DNA from: Octopus bimaculoides
Taxonomy: Eukaryota
Length of the DNA: 64,000 bases
NCBI RefSeq assembly: GCF_001194135.2
Contig: NC_068990.1
Coordinates: 93,359,873-93,423,872, forward strand
Reading direction: 5' to 3'
Shown here: positions 23,728 to 35,669 of the stretch, piece by piece
Numbering within the stretch: the first letter of the stretch is position 1
Layout: the number at the start of each line of letters is the position of its first letter
The notes under the pieces: generated by a model
Databases searched by the model: none
What the model was told of the DNA's origin: nothing
Seen by the model: only the letters and a program-made list of their open reading frames with translations
Program-made: the position numbers and the translations under genes

Positions 23728-25811
23728 GAACATAGTCCATGTTTTCTTCTCATTAATATGAGAGCAGCCACAAAAGCCTGTTGATAATCACACAGCTTCC
23801 TTCTAGAGGTAATTTTTATAGCAATCCTTTAAGTCACATTGATAGATTTAATCTTATACCGGACTGCAATTAATTCTCAGAGATAACAGTAAAAGATTAA
23901 AGAAATTCAGCTATAATCTGCTTAAATCTATTGATACTATCAAGTTGTAAGTTATGTGATAGATATAATTAGTATATCTAATTACTAAATTGAATTAGAT
24001 AAGATGGACTTGCATGAGATATGAAACATTTAAAATAAGGTTTGTTGGACTAAATGGTGTTTGTCAATGTGGTCAGTGAACAATGACAGAAACATAAAGG
24101 ATGAATGTAACCAGTGTGTAGAGATGAAAGGACTGAACTACAAGTCCTCGTCATCTGACGTCCACCTTCCATGCTGGCATGGGTCGGAGGATTTGACGGG
24201 AGCTGACAAGCCAGAGGACTGTGCTGAGAAGCAATTGTCTGTTTTGGCAGGGTTTCTATGGCCAAATGTCCTTCCTAATGCCAACTATTTTATGGAGTGT
24301 GCTTTTATGTGGCACCAGAACCAGCAAGGTCACCAAGTAACTTGCAAGACATGAACCTTCAACTGAGAGGGGTATTGATATTGAAGGAGAGATGGCTTTG
24401 TGCCATGTGATGAAAAATTAAAGCACGACAGAAATACAGAAACAGGTCTCTTGCAGCAGAGGATATACATGGCTACCCCAGTTGGAAAGAGAGAAAGAAA
24501 GTACACTAAATTATTTATTTAAAGGACACAAATTCAAACTATAGTTCTGTAGTGGAAAGAATAATAATACTATTTGGTTTTTATGGTTGCTACAGACAAT
24601 TAACATAAGCTGCATTGTTAGTTTTATTGCCAGCATACCATTGTTTTGCAATCCACTTTTCTCTGCAAGAATGGGTCAGACAGACTCTGTTGAGACAGGT
24701 TTTTTTTGCTATGGCTTGATACTCTTCCTGTTTCTAAGCAAGATAATATTTTCATGGAAGTCTAGAAACAAAAGACATTGCTTCTATGCTGCTGGTACTC
24801 ATTCCAACTATTGTACACCGTTGAGACAAGGCATTAAGTATGCACACACACACACACACAGAGGTTTTTGCCATTTTCTTGCCTTTTTTTTTTAAATAAA
24901 AGAAAAAAATACAAGGTGTCGATAATGTTCATTTTGGTTCTCCACTTTCAAGCACACAAAATAGAACCTGCCTTATTACAAATTCATGTTCAATTACATT
25001 AGAGAGTGTAAAGTCTCTAACAAGTGTATGTGCATAAGGGACAGGCTGCAGTGAGCCACTAAATACAGTGCTTGAAGTATAGTGCCAACAAAAACCGAAC
25101 AGACCCTTGTGCCAATCCAACACACACACACACACACACACAACAGGCTTTTTTGATTGTCTGTCCACAAAAATCCACTCAGAAGGATTTGGTTAGCCTG
25201 GGGGTGTAGTGCAAGATATTTGCTCAAGATGTGGGATTGAACATGAAACCATGTTGTTGGGAAGCAAACTTGCTAACCACATAGCCATGCTAATATCTAA
25301 AAGATATTTTTCTTTATTTTGAATTGTATCAACATCAATTTGTTAAAACAATCCTCACATATCAACATCTGATATTCACATACCAACATGTGAAGCCTAA
25401 AATGAGTTTGACCAAACTATTCTAAATTCTTATTCTGATTAGTATCAATTGAATTTAATTACAACTTGAGTATTTTGGTGCTAACAAATGTCTTGCTACT
25501 AATTAGTAACAATTAATACCTTACTATGTTACTGCAGTCAATTCCAGTTAATTGCATACTGGATAATTACATAACTTTTCAAAACACAGAAGTGGAAATT
25601 GATCAATTAATTGCAGATGCAAACGATGTCAATTTCTGTTAATTATATATGTTTTTTTTAGGATTTTTATTTAAAAAATTATATGAACATTTCATTTGAT
25701 ATAAATAAAATGATTCATGAAGCTTGTTTTGGTTTTAGTTTGAAAAACTTCAGTAGTAAATCCTGTCCACAAACAACTGATATTAAAAGAGTAAAATATA
25801 GTAAAAGTTGT

Positions 25812-26150
25812 AGTAAAAAGATTGTTTGCCAACATAACATGGCAGTCCTGGTTTAGGATGAATGTTGCTGTAATTTAGCCCCAGCAGACATCATCTCCAG
25901 CTGGCTAAACGACACGATCTGTGTCTAGCTGAACGATCATTCCGTGCTGATGAAGGGAAATAACCTGGAAATCGTGATACACAGATATTGTCTTGAGGTG
26001 AGTGGGGGGTGCTAGATTCCAATGTTTGAAAATATAAGGACACAGGTCGTATCATACAGCCAGCTGGAGGCGATGTCTCCTGGGGCTAAATTACAGCAAC
26101 ATTCTTCCTAAACCAGGACTGCCATGTTATGTTAGCAAACAATCTTTACT
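25812..26150 (+). mobile_element. Foldback/MITE-like element with about 95-bp terminal inverted repeats and a degenerate hammerhead core
   Basis: The left arm agtaaaaagattgtttgccaacataacatggcagtcctggtttagg... is the reverse complement of the right arm with few mismatches. CTGATGA at 25947-25953 and GAAA at 25968-25971 flank AGG..CCT. Confidence 0.8.
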
Positions 26151-27253
26151 CAAAAGTACTGTTGCTGAACATCTCTCATTGTGAGATTTACAAATAGTAA
26201 TTTTCTAATATATTCAGTTTATTCTTACCATTTCAATGAATTCACGATTACCAAAGATCAGATTCCAGTGTCTTATTTTTTCAATTGAAGAATAAAATTC
26301 TTTTCCATTAAATTACAGGTGAAGTAGCTTGCTTCCCAACCACGTGGTTCTGGGTTCAGTCCCACTATATGGCACCTTGGGTAAGTGTTTTCTACTATAG
26401 TTCCAGCCCAACCAAAGCCTTGCGAGTGGATTTGATAGACATGTCTGTTTGTGTGTGAACTGCATTTTTAACACAGCATGTTCATAAGAGATATAATCTT
26501 AGGAGAAATACTGCAGGAAATGGTATGTCATCAGTGTGTATACATTAGCTATGATACGTAGGTGGCTATTTTAATTAAATACTGCCTCAATTGCATATAC
26601 CACATTTTTATTCAACCAGGTGGCTATTCACAGCATCAGTTACTGTTTTGTTCTCTGTTTCTTATACTGGAGACAATGAATTCTCGTCCAAGCATCAGGC
26701 TGCAGGTAAACACTGAAAATGCCCCAAAAGGCTGAAACGCATCTGACATTCCTGCTGCTGTACTGATTCTTCATCTCCTGACATTTATGGCATTTTGAGC
26801 GTAGCATGTCAATAAGAGATGTTATATCAGGATGTTAACCAATCAACAGTGTATGACAGTCACTGCTAGCTCTCACTGTGCATGCAACCATGTGCTGCCA
26901 TCTGTTGGCATACTACAGAACTAGTCCAGGAGTTTTTTGATGCCACCACATATTCACCTTCTCAGGTGAAAACTTCCCTGATCAGAGCCAAATTCTTAAC
27001 CACTCCCCCATGACATTCTGAGATATGCACCAGTGACAGTGAGGAAGAACAACAACAACACTGCTTCATGAATACCAAATACAAAATAGTTTCGTAAAAA
27101 GTCTGAATTTGAAGAACTATCCAACCTATGCAGTTTCAATGATTATAATGTAAATTATCATCTTTATTTTAGTCATCATTTCAGTAAAACAAAAAGTTAT
27201 AGTTAATAAATCCTTGAACAGTTGATAGATCTACCGTCTCTGGCAGTTGATAA

Positions 27254-27416
27254 GGTTGGTCATTATCTCTGGCCAGTCCAGTCTCAGGTAGATGAGAGAT
27301 AGATGTGACTTTATACAAAACCATCATCATTTAACGTCCATGATGATAATTCCATATAAAGTCATGTGTATCTCTCATCTTCCTAAGACTGGACTGGCCA
27401 GAGATAATGACCAACC
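27254..27416. mobile_element. Foldback element with about 62-bp inverted arms
   Basis: ggttggtcattatctctggccagtccagtct...gactttata pairs with tataaagtc...agactggactggccagagataatgaccaacc. Confidence 0.75.
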
Positions 27417-28344
27417 ATATAAACTTCCTACTCTATGACAGACATTTGTAACCAGACTGAATGGTCTCCTGTCATTTCAGAATCAGATTATCTGGGACAT
27501 GTAGAAATAAGTGACCTATTTCAGTTTCATATAAATTAGAGCATGTAAAAATAAGTGACCTGTCTAGAAATTTGACAGAGTAGTTTAATATACAGGAAAT
27601 AGGTTCCAACGGACAACCAATGAGATGTTTCCATGTTGTTTTCTTTGGTATTTCCACAGAAAACAAGAATAGTTATTTTTTAAATGCTTTCTAAATTCCA
27701 CTGGTCTCAACCAGACTATACAGCAAAAGGAACAGCGATTGAATTTGTAAAGAACTTTCCAGCTGCATTCTGTCTTCTATCCCACGTATTGGCAATTTAC
27801 CCAGCTACCCTGTCTTTTAGTTATTGAAGCAGTGTTCGGGAGGGATGTGAAGGACGGCAAACTTATTGACGTTTTAATCACAATGATGATGCAGACATAG
27901 TTGAACCACACACACACACACACACACATATATACACAAAAACAATACATATATGTACATAAATACATACATATGCGCACACACATACATGCATGCATGT
28001 AGAGAGAGAGAGAGAGAGAGAGAGAAGATCAGATGATCAGGTAGAAAGAAAATGAAACTACACACAACAAAACACACACACTGTGCCATTTGAAAACATC
28101 AGACTTGTTTACATTATATGTTTGGCAGAGAAGCAAGCAGTATTGACTGATCAACAGTGTGTGTATACACACACACACACACACACACACACATGGCAGT
28201 AGTGAAAGAGAAACCCAAGTTGCAGCTAAGCATAATGTACTTGGAAGGTTCTAAATGTCATCATTGATCTTTCTTGTTCAATATGTTATAATACCAACTG
28301 AGAATAGATCAAACCAGATTTGAATATTATCATTATTATTATTA

Positions 28345-28378
<34 letters not shown>

Positions 28379-29801
28379 AATCAATTTGTTAATCTCATAA
28401 GAGATAAAACTAATCACCAAGAGATAATTACCACAAAAGTTTCCTTATAACTTAATCCATCTTTAAACCTTATATAACAGAGGCAGAAAGTTTCTATGGG
28501 GTCACTCGACCTGCTAAAAATGATAACCAAATCTTTAGGCATCTCTCACATCATGCCTTTTATAACTTTAACTTGAATGAGATTTAGCTGAGTCAGATTG
28601 GTCTTTCCAACAGTCTATAGTTTGTGAGTCATGGGCAACACATCATCACTAAATATGTCAACGTGAAACTTCATCCAACAAAGCTGTAATTTATCTTAAA
28701 TGTATGCATATCTGTGACGTGTATATACACTCACACAAACACACACATAACCTGTACCATAGTTATAGCACACATACACACACAACATATATTTGATATC
28801 TATACTTTGTGTAGCTTGCGTTGGGGCAGGGTTTACAACAGCTAGACACCCCTCCTGACACCAAACCTCACCAGTTCCTAAGTGAAGTAATACCACTGTC
28901 CCAGTCTATCAAACCGCAAACAGCCTGGATAGGCTTTCATGGTGGACTGCAAGCAAATGACAGTGTGCAGTTGTCTGTCTATGCCAAATCGGACTGGAAT
29001 CTGATGCAGCTCTGGTCAAACCATCCAACACATACCAGCATGGACAACGGACATTAAATGATGATGATGATGATGGAAGGTCTGAGGTCTGTGTGTGTGT
29101 GTGTGTGTGTGTGTGTTTGTCAAGTTGACTGGGAAAACTATTCTTTGGAGGTTGTAAAGCTCTGCTTTAGCTGGTAATTCTTCATGGTGGACACGCCATC
29201 ATTGGTCATTTTTAACAGTGGATATGTCAACATTAGTCATATTAACAATCCATCAACAATCCTTTCTAACACTGAACAGTCAAATAATGGTCATTTTTAA
29301 GAATGTAAAATATTTTTTCATTCTACAATAAATGCTTCAGAAGATCATTTTTGACTGAATTCACAGAAAGCACAAATGTAATATTTCATTCCCAAATTTG
29401 TTTTGCAAGATTTATGATGTGAATTCATGTGTTGAAACAGATTTTGTTGTCTCAGGAGGGTCATTATGCCAATAATAAACACACACACACACACTGGTTT
29501 TATTTCACGTCTTTTATTATTATTTTTCAATTAGTTAATTATTTAACCAATTAACTAATTGATTGTTTGATATATTCATTTGGTTAATCAATCAAACAGG
29601 TTTGTGAAAGTCTTTTTAATGACAACCAATTGACAAACAAAAAAGAAGTAAAATTGAACCAATGCATGTATTTTATTGGCATAACGATACCAGAAAAGAT
29701 ACAACAATACAAATACTCCAAAAGAAGCACATGTCTAAAAAAGAAAAAAAACAAAAGAGTTTGGGAAACAAACTTCCACCAATGGGAGAGCAAATACTGA
29801 C

Positions 29802-29897
29802 CTTTTGTCCAAATTGTTCAACTCTGGTTTGCAGACCCCAAACTTCAAATTTCACTTTCACAACTTTGTAAGAACACATTACTGGATCAGAGCTTTT
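29802..29897 (-). CDS. PITPNC1: PITPNC1 coding exon 8
   Basis: 96 nt; KSSDPVMCSYKVVKVKFEVWGLQTRVEQFGQK; flanked by atatag and gtcagt. Confidence 0.96.
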
Positions 29898-29993
29898 CTA
29901 TATTGAAACAAAGATAAAATAGAACCATACTTAATATACACACATAGACATTCATATTATAACTATCTATCAATCTATTTGTTTGTCTGTCTA

Positions 29994-30041
<48 letters not shown>

Positions 30042-30051
30042 NNNNNNNNNN

Positions 30052-30085
<34 letters not shown>

Positions 30086-30196
30086 TGCATACATACATAC
30101 ACACACACACAAACATACACATATATACACATGCATGCATACACACACACATATAAACATGCATACATACACACACACATGCATACATACATACAT

Positions 30197-30231
<35 letters not shown>

Positions 30232-31520
30232 TGTATATAGCACAGCCCTGTGGCTTGTAAGGTATACAGAATGTTATATGCTATTTTCAACTAATAACTA
30301 TCAATGATTTTTTACACACCCTGCCAGCTCGTTCTGACATCAGCTGTTTGTTAATCACTGCTTTTCCACATCAGTAGAGGCTACACTTAGTTTAGGATGT
30401 GTCTGCCACTGGATGCTAGCAACTGATGATGGCCAAAGAAGCAGGAATACATATTTAACAATTCCACCACCACTGCTAGACACTGTTCGTCTGCTATTGA
30501 TACAGTCCCGTGATTTTTAACAATATATACCTTTGCAAGATACAATCTTGAGACAAATACCACAATTTCAAGGTTATCTGCATTGAGTATGATACACAGA
30601 ATACTATTTTAAACTGATACTGCTTCTGTGACTGTTGCAGTTAATGACTCTGCAAAGAAAGAACTCTTAGGAGAAGGAGAGTCTGCCTAATGTAGACCCA
30701 ACTGAGGGACCAGCTATCCAAATCAACAGTTGCTTGGTAGATAAAGCAATTAAAGAAATGAAGACAGGGAAAGCCCCCCCCCCCTACACACACACACACA
30801 CACATACATATATCTACCTATCTCTTTCTCATATGTGTGTGTGTACGTGAACTGCCTCCCCCCACCACCACCACCACCAGCCTTGCTAGAACAAATCATC
30901 AAAAGAATGGATGAACCTAGAGTAAGTTCGCCGATTATCTAGCAATAGCACGGACCCTCAGAAATTCTGGTTGGTGTCCACCATGCTGGAAGACCACTGG
31001 AAGTGAAGTGCCCCTTAGCTTTTGTTAAAGCATGTCTCCAGAAGGTCACTCTGATATAAAACCAGGCACGCATGGAATGGCACTGAATATTTTGGGGATC
31101 TTTTGCTTGCACCTGAGATCATGCTGCTCCCACACACCTGAGCCTGCAACCCATATTTGTAGTGGCTATCTTGTCCTGGTTTGCCTTTGGATCAGGTCAG
31201 TAGGGCAGAAAGGATCTGTAAGGTGCTATGCAAGCCTTATTGGACCTAAAACTCTAAGTTGTGCAATAACCAGTGAGGCAACGATCTGGTGCCTGGTCAA
31301 GTTAAAAGGTGTGACAGACACGAACCCAAGCAAAGCCAACTGCTGATGCAGTAATCTCGTGCAATGGTCAGTGATGATCTTCCTCAGTCATGGGTGGACA
31401 ACCATCATCATCATCATATATACCTGCACGTATGTCTTTATATATACAGAGTTTTATGTCTACATAACACACATGGAGCTATTCGTGAACTACTGAAAAG
31501 GTTGAATTAACTGTACAAAC

Positions 31521-31580
31521 CATCCAGCCACTGGTGTATGGGCCACGACCAGTTTTCTCAGATTTGAAAATTTTCAGATC
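31521..31580 (-). CDS. PITPNC1: PITPNC1 coding exon 7
   Basis: 60 nt; DLKIFKSEKTGRGPYTSGWM (FKS-x-KTGRG motif); flanked by ctttag and gtttgt. Confidence 0.94.
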
Positions 31581-31890
31581 CTAAAGGAAAAAGGATAAAA
31601 ATAGACAACATTGTTATGAAAGTTAGGGTTTTACCATATTTACTACAGGAAGGAATATGATGCGGGAGAATGCAATGACTACAGAAATAATAATGATGAC
31701 AACAATGATGACAAAGAAGATGATGAGATATAAAAATGCAACAAAACAAAATATAGTGTGTATGTGTGTGTGATGTGTGTATAGACATGTAGTGTGTATG
31801 TAGGTCTTTAGTATATGTATTTAAACATCTAAGCATTACACACGCGCGCGCGCGCGCGCGCGCGTAATATAAGCATATAATGTGTGTATG

Positions 31891-31929
<39 letters not shown>

Positions 31930-31968
31930 TTAGGGAAAATAACCAATTTTCAAGAATTTTGTCCCTAA

Positions 31969-32016
<48 letters not shown>

Positions 32017-32210
32017 TATATATATAGTAACAAACAAAGGAAAGGAATTTCTTCAAAGGGGTGTGTAAAACATCCAATTCACTAGTATAAATCAGTTAAA
32101 TACCACATAAATATAGGTGTATTTCAAATTACAAACAATAAATTAAATAGAGAGATTCAATTGACAATCTAATAATTTATTTATATTATAACATAATACA
32201 ATGAATACAA

Positions 32211-32544
32211 GATAACATTAAAAAAGTCATTAAAAAACCAAAAGGGCCAACAATTTATTTCGAGTTATATACATTATTTGATTTATAAACAATTCATATT
32301 CATTTATATAAGTCTCTTCAGAGCTTTAAAGACAGACGAAATTCCGTGTGAAAGAACAGCTGGAATTTTTTTTTTTTCTACAATCCAGCCATCTTTCACA
32401 CGGAATTCCGTCTGTCTTTAAAACCAAAGCTCTGAAGAGACTTATAGACATTATTTGATTTAAAAAACAATTCTTATTCATTTATATAAGTCGAAACAAA
32501 TTGTTGGCTCTTTTGGTTTTTTTAATGATTTTTTTAATGTTATC
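32211..32544. repeat. Nested foldback: outer inverted repeat, direct-repeat spacers, inner hairpin
   Basis: Outer arms 32211-32269 / 32485-32544; inner arms 32307-32356 / 32393-32446; spacers 32271-32306 and 32448-32484 are direct copies of each other. Confidence 0.85.
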
Positions 32545-32848
32545 TGATATGTGGAAACTGAAAGAAGCCTATATATATATGTAGACTTGTGTGGGGCTCG
32601 TCTTGACATCACATGATAGTTGTAAACAAACATTGCCATCAGACAAGTGGTGTCATTTGTTTGCAGTCTTCTATGAAAAACCTGTCTAACCAAGGAGAAA
32701 TTTTACCTGATTTGAGAGCAGGATTGGTGACAGGAAGAACATCCAACTAGAAAATGTGTCTCAACAATGTCTGTCTGAGTGATGCAAGCATGGAAAAGTA
32801 AAACAATAATGATGATGATGATTCTATAAATCGAGTAATCAAACTGAC

Positions 32849-32947
32849 CTCTTCTGGTTTATAGTGATGTTCTGCAATTTCTTCCATGACAATATCGATG
32901 ACGTCCACCTCTCGTTGTTCCAGCTCATCAGCATCAAGGTTAATACA
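32849..32947 (-). CDS. PITPNC1: PITPNC1 coding exon 6
   Basis: 99 nt; CINLDADELEQREVDVIDIVMEEIAEHHYKPEE (REV-x-x-IDI motif); flanked by tttcag and gtcagt. Confidence 0.93.
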
Positions 32948-33342
32948 CTGAAAATAAGATTAAAATGGTCTCTGCTTTTAACCAAAACCAATTACACAAT
33001 ACTAATTACACAATACTACGCTTCATTAACTACACGACTATACTCAAATCATATCATTTTTATCTTAGATTTTTGAGATTTTCTTATTAGCTTTTCACAG
33101 TTGGTTTGAATCAGCAGAATTCCTAAATCCTAATATTTCAAGACCTTCAAGTCCCAAATTCAAGAATTGAATATATTTGTGCTGTTTCTTATAAAACTGG
33201 TTGAATATACTGTAGACTTTCCCACCAAAGGTTTTGAGACCATTTAGCGTTGAGCATCAGCAGTCACATGTTGATTCGTTAGACTGTGACAAACAATCAA
33301 CATCTGATTGCTGATGCCAAAATTAGATGAGTGAATACTTAC

Positions 33343-33414
33343 ATTCTCTGATGTCGCAGGATTATTTTCATAGCGGGTCTCAATATAGACAGAGAACTTA
33401 GGCAGGAATGAACA
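33343..33414 (-). CDS. PITPNC1: PITPNC1 coding exon 5
   Basis: 72 nt; CSFLPKFSVYIETRYENNPATSEN; flanked by ttacag and gtaagt. Confidence 0.96.
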
Positions 33415-33628
33415 CTGTAAACAGAAAATAATCATTTTCTTTATTTATTCATTTAAATACAACCAGTCAGATCATCATCATCGTCATTCAACGTTCGCTT
33501 TCCATGCTGGCATGGGTTAGAAAAGAAAATAAGTGTTGTGATGTTCATGTCGTTCTTCTCAAGAACATAAATGTCGGTCAGGAATAATAGAGAAAATACC
33601 CAAACAGAGCAAGCTGCCCTTTGTACAC

Positions 33629-33861
33629 TATTTCTTTATTGCTCACAGGGAGCTAAACATAGAGGGGCACAAACAAGGACAGACAAAGGGTTTAAGTCGA
33701 TTACATCAACCCCAGTGCGTAACTGGTACTTATTTAATCGACCCCGAAAGGATGAAAGGCAAAGTCGACCTCTGCGGAGTTTGAACTCAGAACGTAACGA
33801 CAGACGAAATACCGCTAAGCATTTCGCCCGGTGCCCTAACGATTCTGCCAGCTCGTCACCC
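33629..33861 (-). mobile_element. tRNA-derived SINE, family B (Deu/Nin-like centre); representative copy
   Basis: Shares gaggtcgactttgcctttcatcctttcggggtcgat..aagtaccag with copies at about 1261-1408(+), 19835-20035, 20255-20460, 22120-22335, 41930-42120, 42170-42380, 51500-51700, 54705-54930, 62690-63020 and 63630-63755 (all -). The domain name is from memory and unverified. Confidence 0.85.
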
Positions 33862-34882
33862 TTTGTACATTAAGCAATCCTTTGGCCATCAGGCTTCCCT
33901 TTACCCTTCACTCACTGAGCTGCTTTTTTGCCCTTCACTCATCAAGCTACCTTTTGCTCAATGAGCTACCCTTCACTCACCAACCTGTCCTTCCCTCATC
34001 AGCCATGTTTCTCATTAACCAAGAATATTTGACCTTGACATGTCAAGAATAAATGCGCTAAACATTGTGACTAATCCTATTAAATACAACACACACACAC
34101 ACATCATATGCATGTGCACACAACACACACATCATATATACATACACGTGACCCACAAACACACACACACACACACACACACAATACAATACATAGAATC
34201 CCTGCTGTTAGACAAATGTAGGTTAATGACACACACAATTCGCCTGTGATAAAGTTCATTTGGCCAAGACTAATCACTTGGAAGACAGCACCACCTCACA
34301 GCATCCACTACAGTTGATCACATGACTAGTCATGAGACCAGGATCTCAGTCAGTCACATGGTTGAACTGCTGTAAAAGTATGAAGTCTCCACATGTTTCA
34401 GAAGCACCTATCATCATCATCATCGTCATCTACACAGAGAGATAATGTTGGGAAAGAGAGTGGTGGTGGTGGTGGTCATCTTTATTTGATATCTCTGAAC
34501 AGCAGCTGTAAGAGGCACCCATCGTTGCCACATCTGTGCAAAGAAGAGTGGGTCCCTAGCTTTATAATTATATTTACAGATAGAAATCAGTAAAAGGGGA
34601 GCGAAAAAGTCAATACAAACAGTAATGGACACATGCCAACAGGGTCAACTCAGTGGGAACAAAACCCTACCAGGGCCAAAGGCAATCTCAGATGGATGGA
34701 TATCAAAAGGGGTTCAGTTTTAAATATAAAACATACATCCATCAGCCACTTAATGAAAATTTCTAAATTTACAAACATATCCAACTGATATTAGTGAGAA
34801 CTGACAATCTCATTACTATAGAAATATTGCAAAGTCTTGTGTTTAGTCATAAATACGAAGAATAAACAAACATATCACTTAC

Positions 34883-34890
34883 TGTGTATT
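34883..34890 (-). CDS. PITPNC1: PITPNC1 coding exon 4, 8-nt micro-exon (AATACACA, completing E-Y-T)
   Basis: Exon 3 ends in phase 1 and exon 5 starts in phase 0, so a 3n+2 exon is required. aag|AATACACA|gtaagt in the intervening intron restores the conserved TIT-EYT-CSF sequence. Confidence 0.9.
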
Positions 34891-35580
34891 CTTTATGTCC
34901 AGCCAGTGGGAAAGATCAATGTGGTGGTCAGAAGACAAGCAAAAGAAAAAGATTCAACACATGAGAAATTTACTGAGATACAAAGTAAAAGTAAAAAAAA
35001 AATACAAACATTTAATCAGATAATTTTTAGATTTAAAAGATGTTCAATATTAAAAGATGTCAAAATGTGCAGAGGATCTGTTTGTCTCTGAGTTATCAGG
35101 TATTAAACTATTGAGACAAACTTCTAACGTAGAAATACAATACAACTCTGTCACAGTCTTACTCATGGCAGGAGAATCACTCTGCACTGTTACAATTCCA
35201 CAAAACACTTTACACTTATTCATGTAAGGACTTAGCCATGATGGTTAACAACTAATATATATTTAGTAATCAAAGTAATACCTAGAATAATCCAACAGAC
35301 AAATACCTGATATTTACTTTCATATGAACCACTGTAGCTAAGAGTCAGCTATCCACCATAACTAGCAATCAGATATCCACACCATATATTGTACTCAGAT
35401 ATCCACCATAGCTCACAACATGATATCAACTGGAACTAAGTGACATTCGCACAGAACTAAGTCTGTAATCCCTCAAAATTCAAAACTAACCCTTGTCACC
35501 ATTGTAGGATGACATTAAACCTAGGTTTTAACAAGAGTCCAGTATAAAGTTATATAAGGGGTAGAAATATAACACAATAC

Positions 35581-35669
35581 CTGTTATAGTATGAGGAAAG
35601 AAATTCCAGGCTCGTTCAGTGACATAGAAGATTCGTGGAATAAGACTCTGTACCCAGCCTGGAAGTCGA
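35581..35669 (-). CDS. PITPNC1: PITPNC1 coding exon 3
   Basis: 89 nt; (S)RLPGWVQSLIPRIFYVTERAWNFFPHTIT(E) includes the inositol-binding E and N (TERAWN); flanked by ttccag and gtattg (phase 1). Confidence 0.97.
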
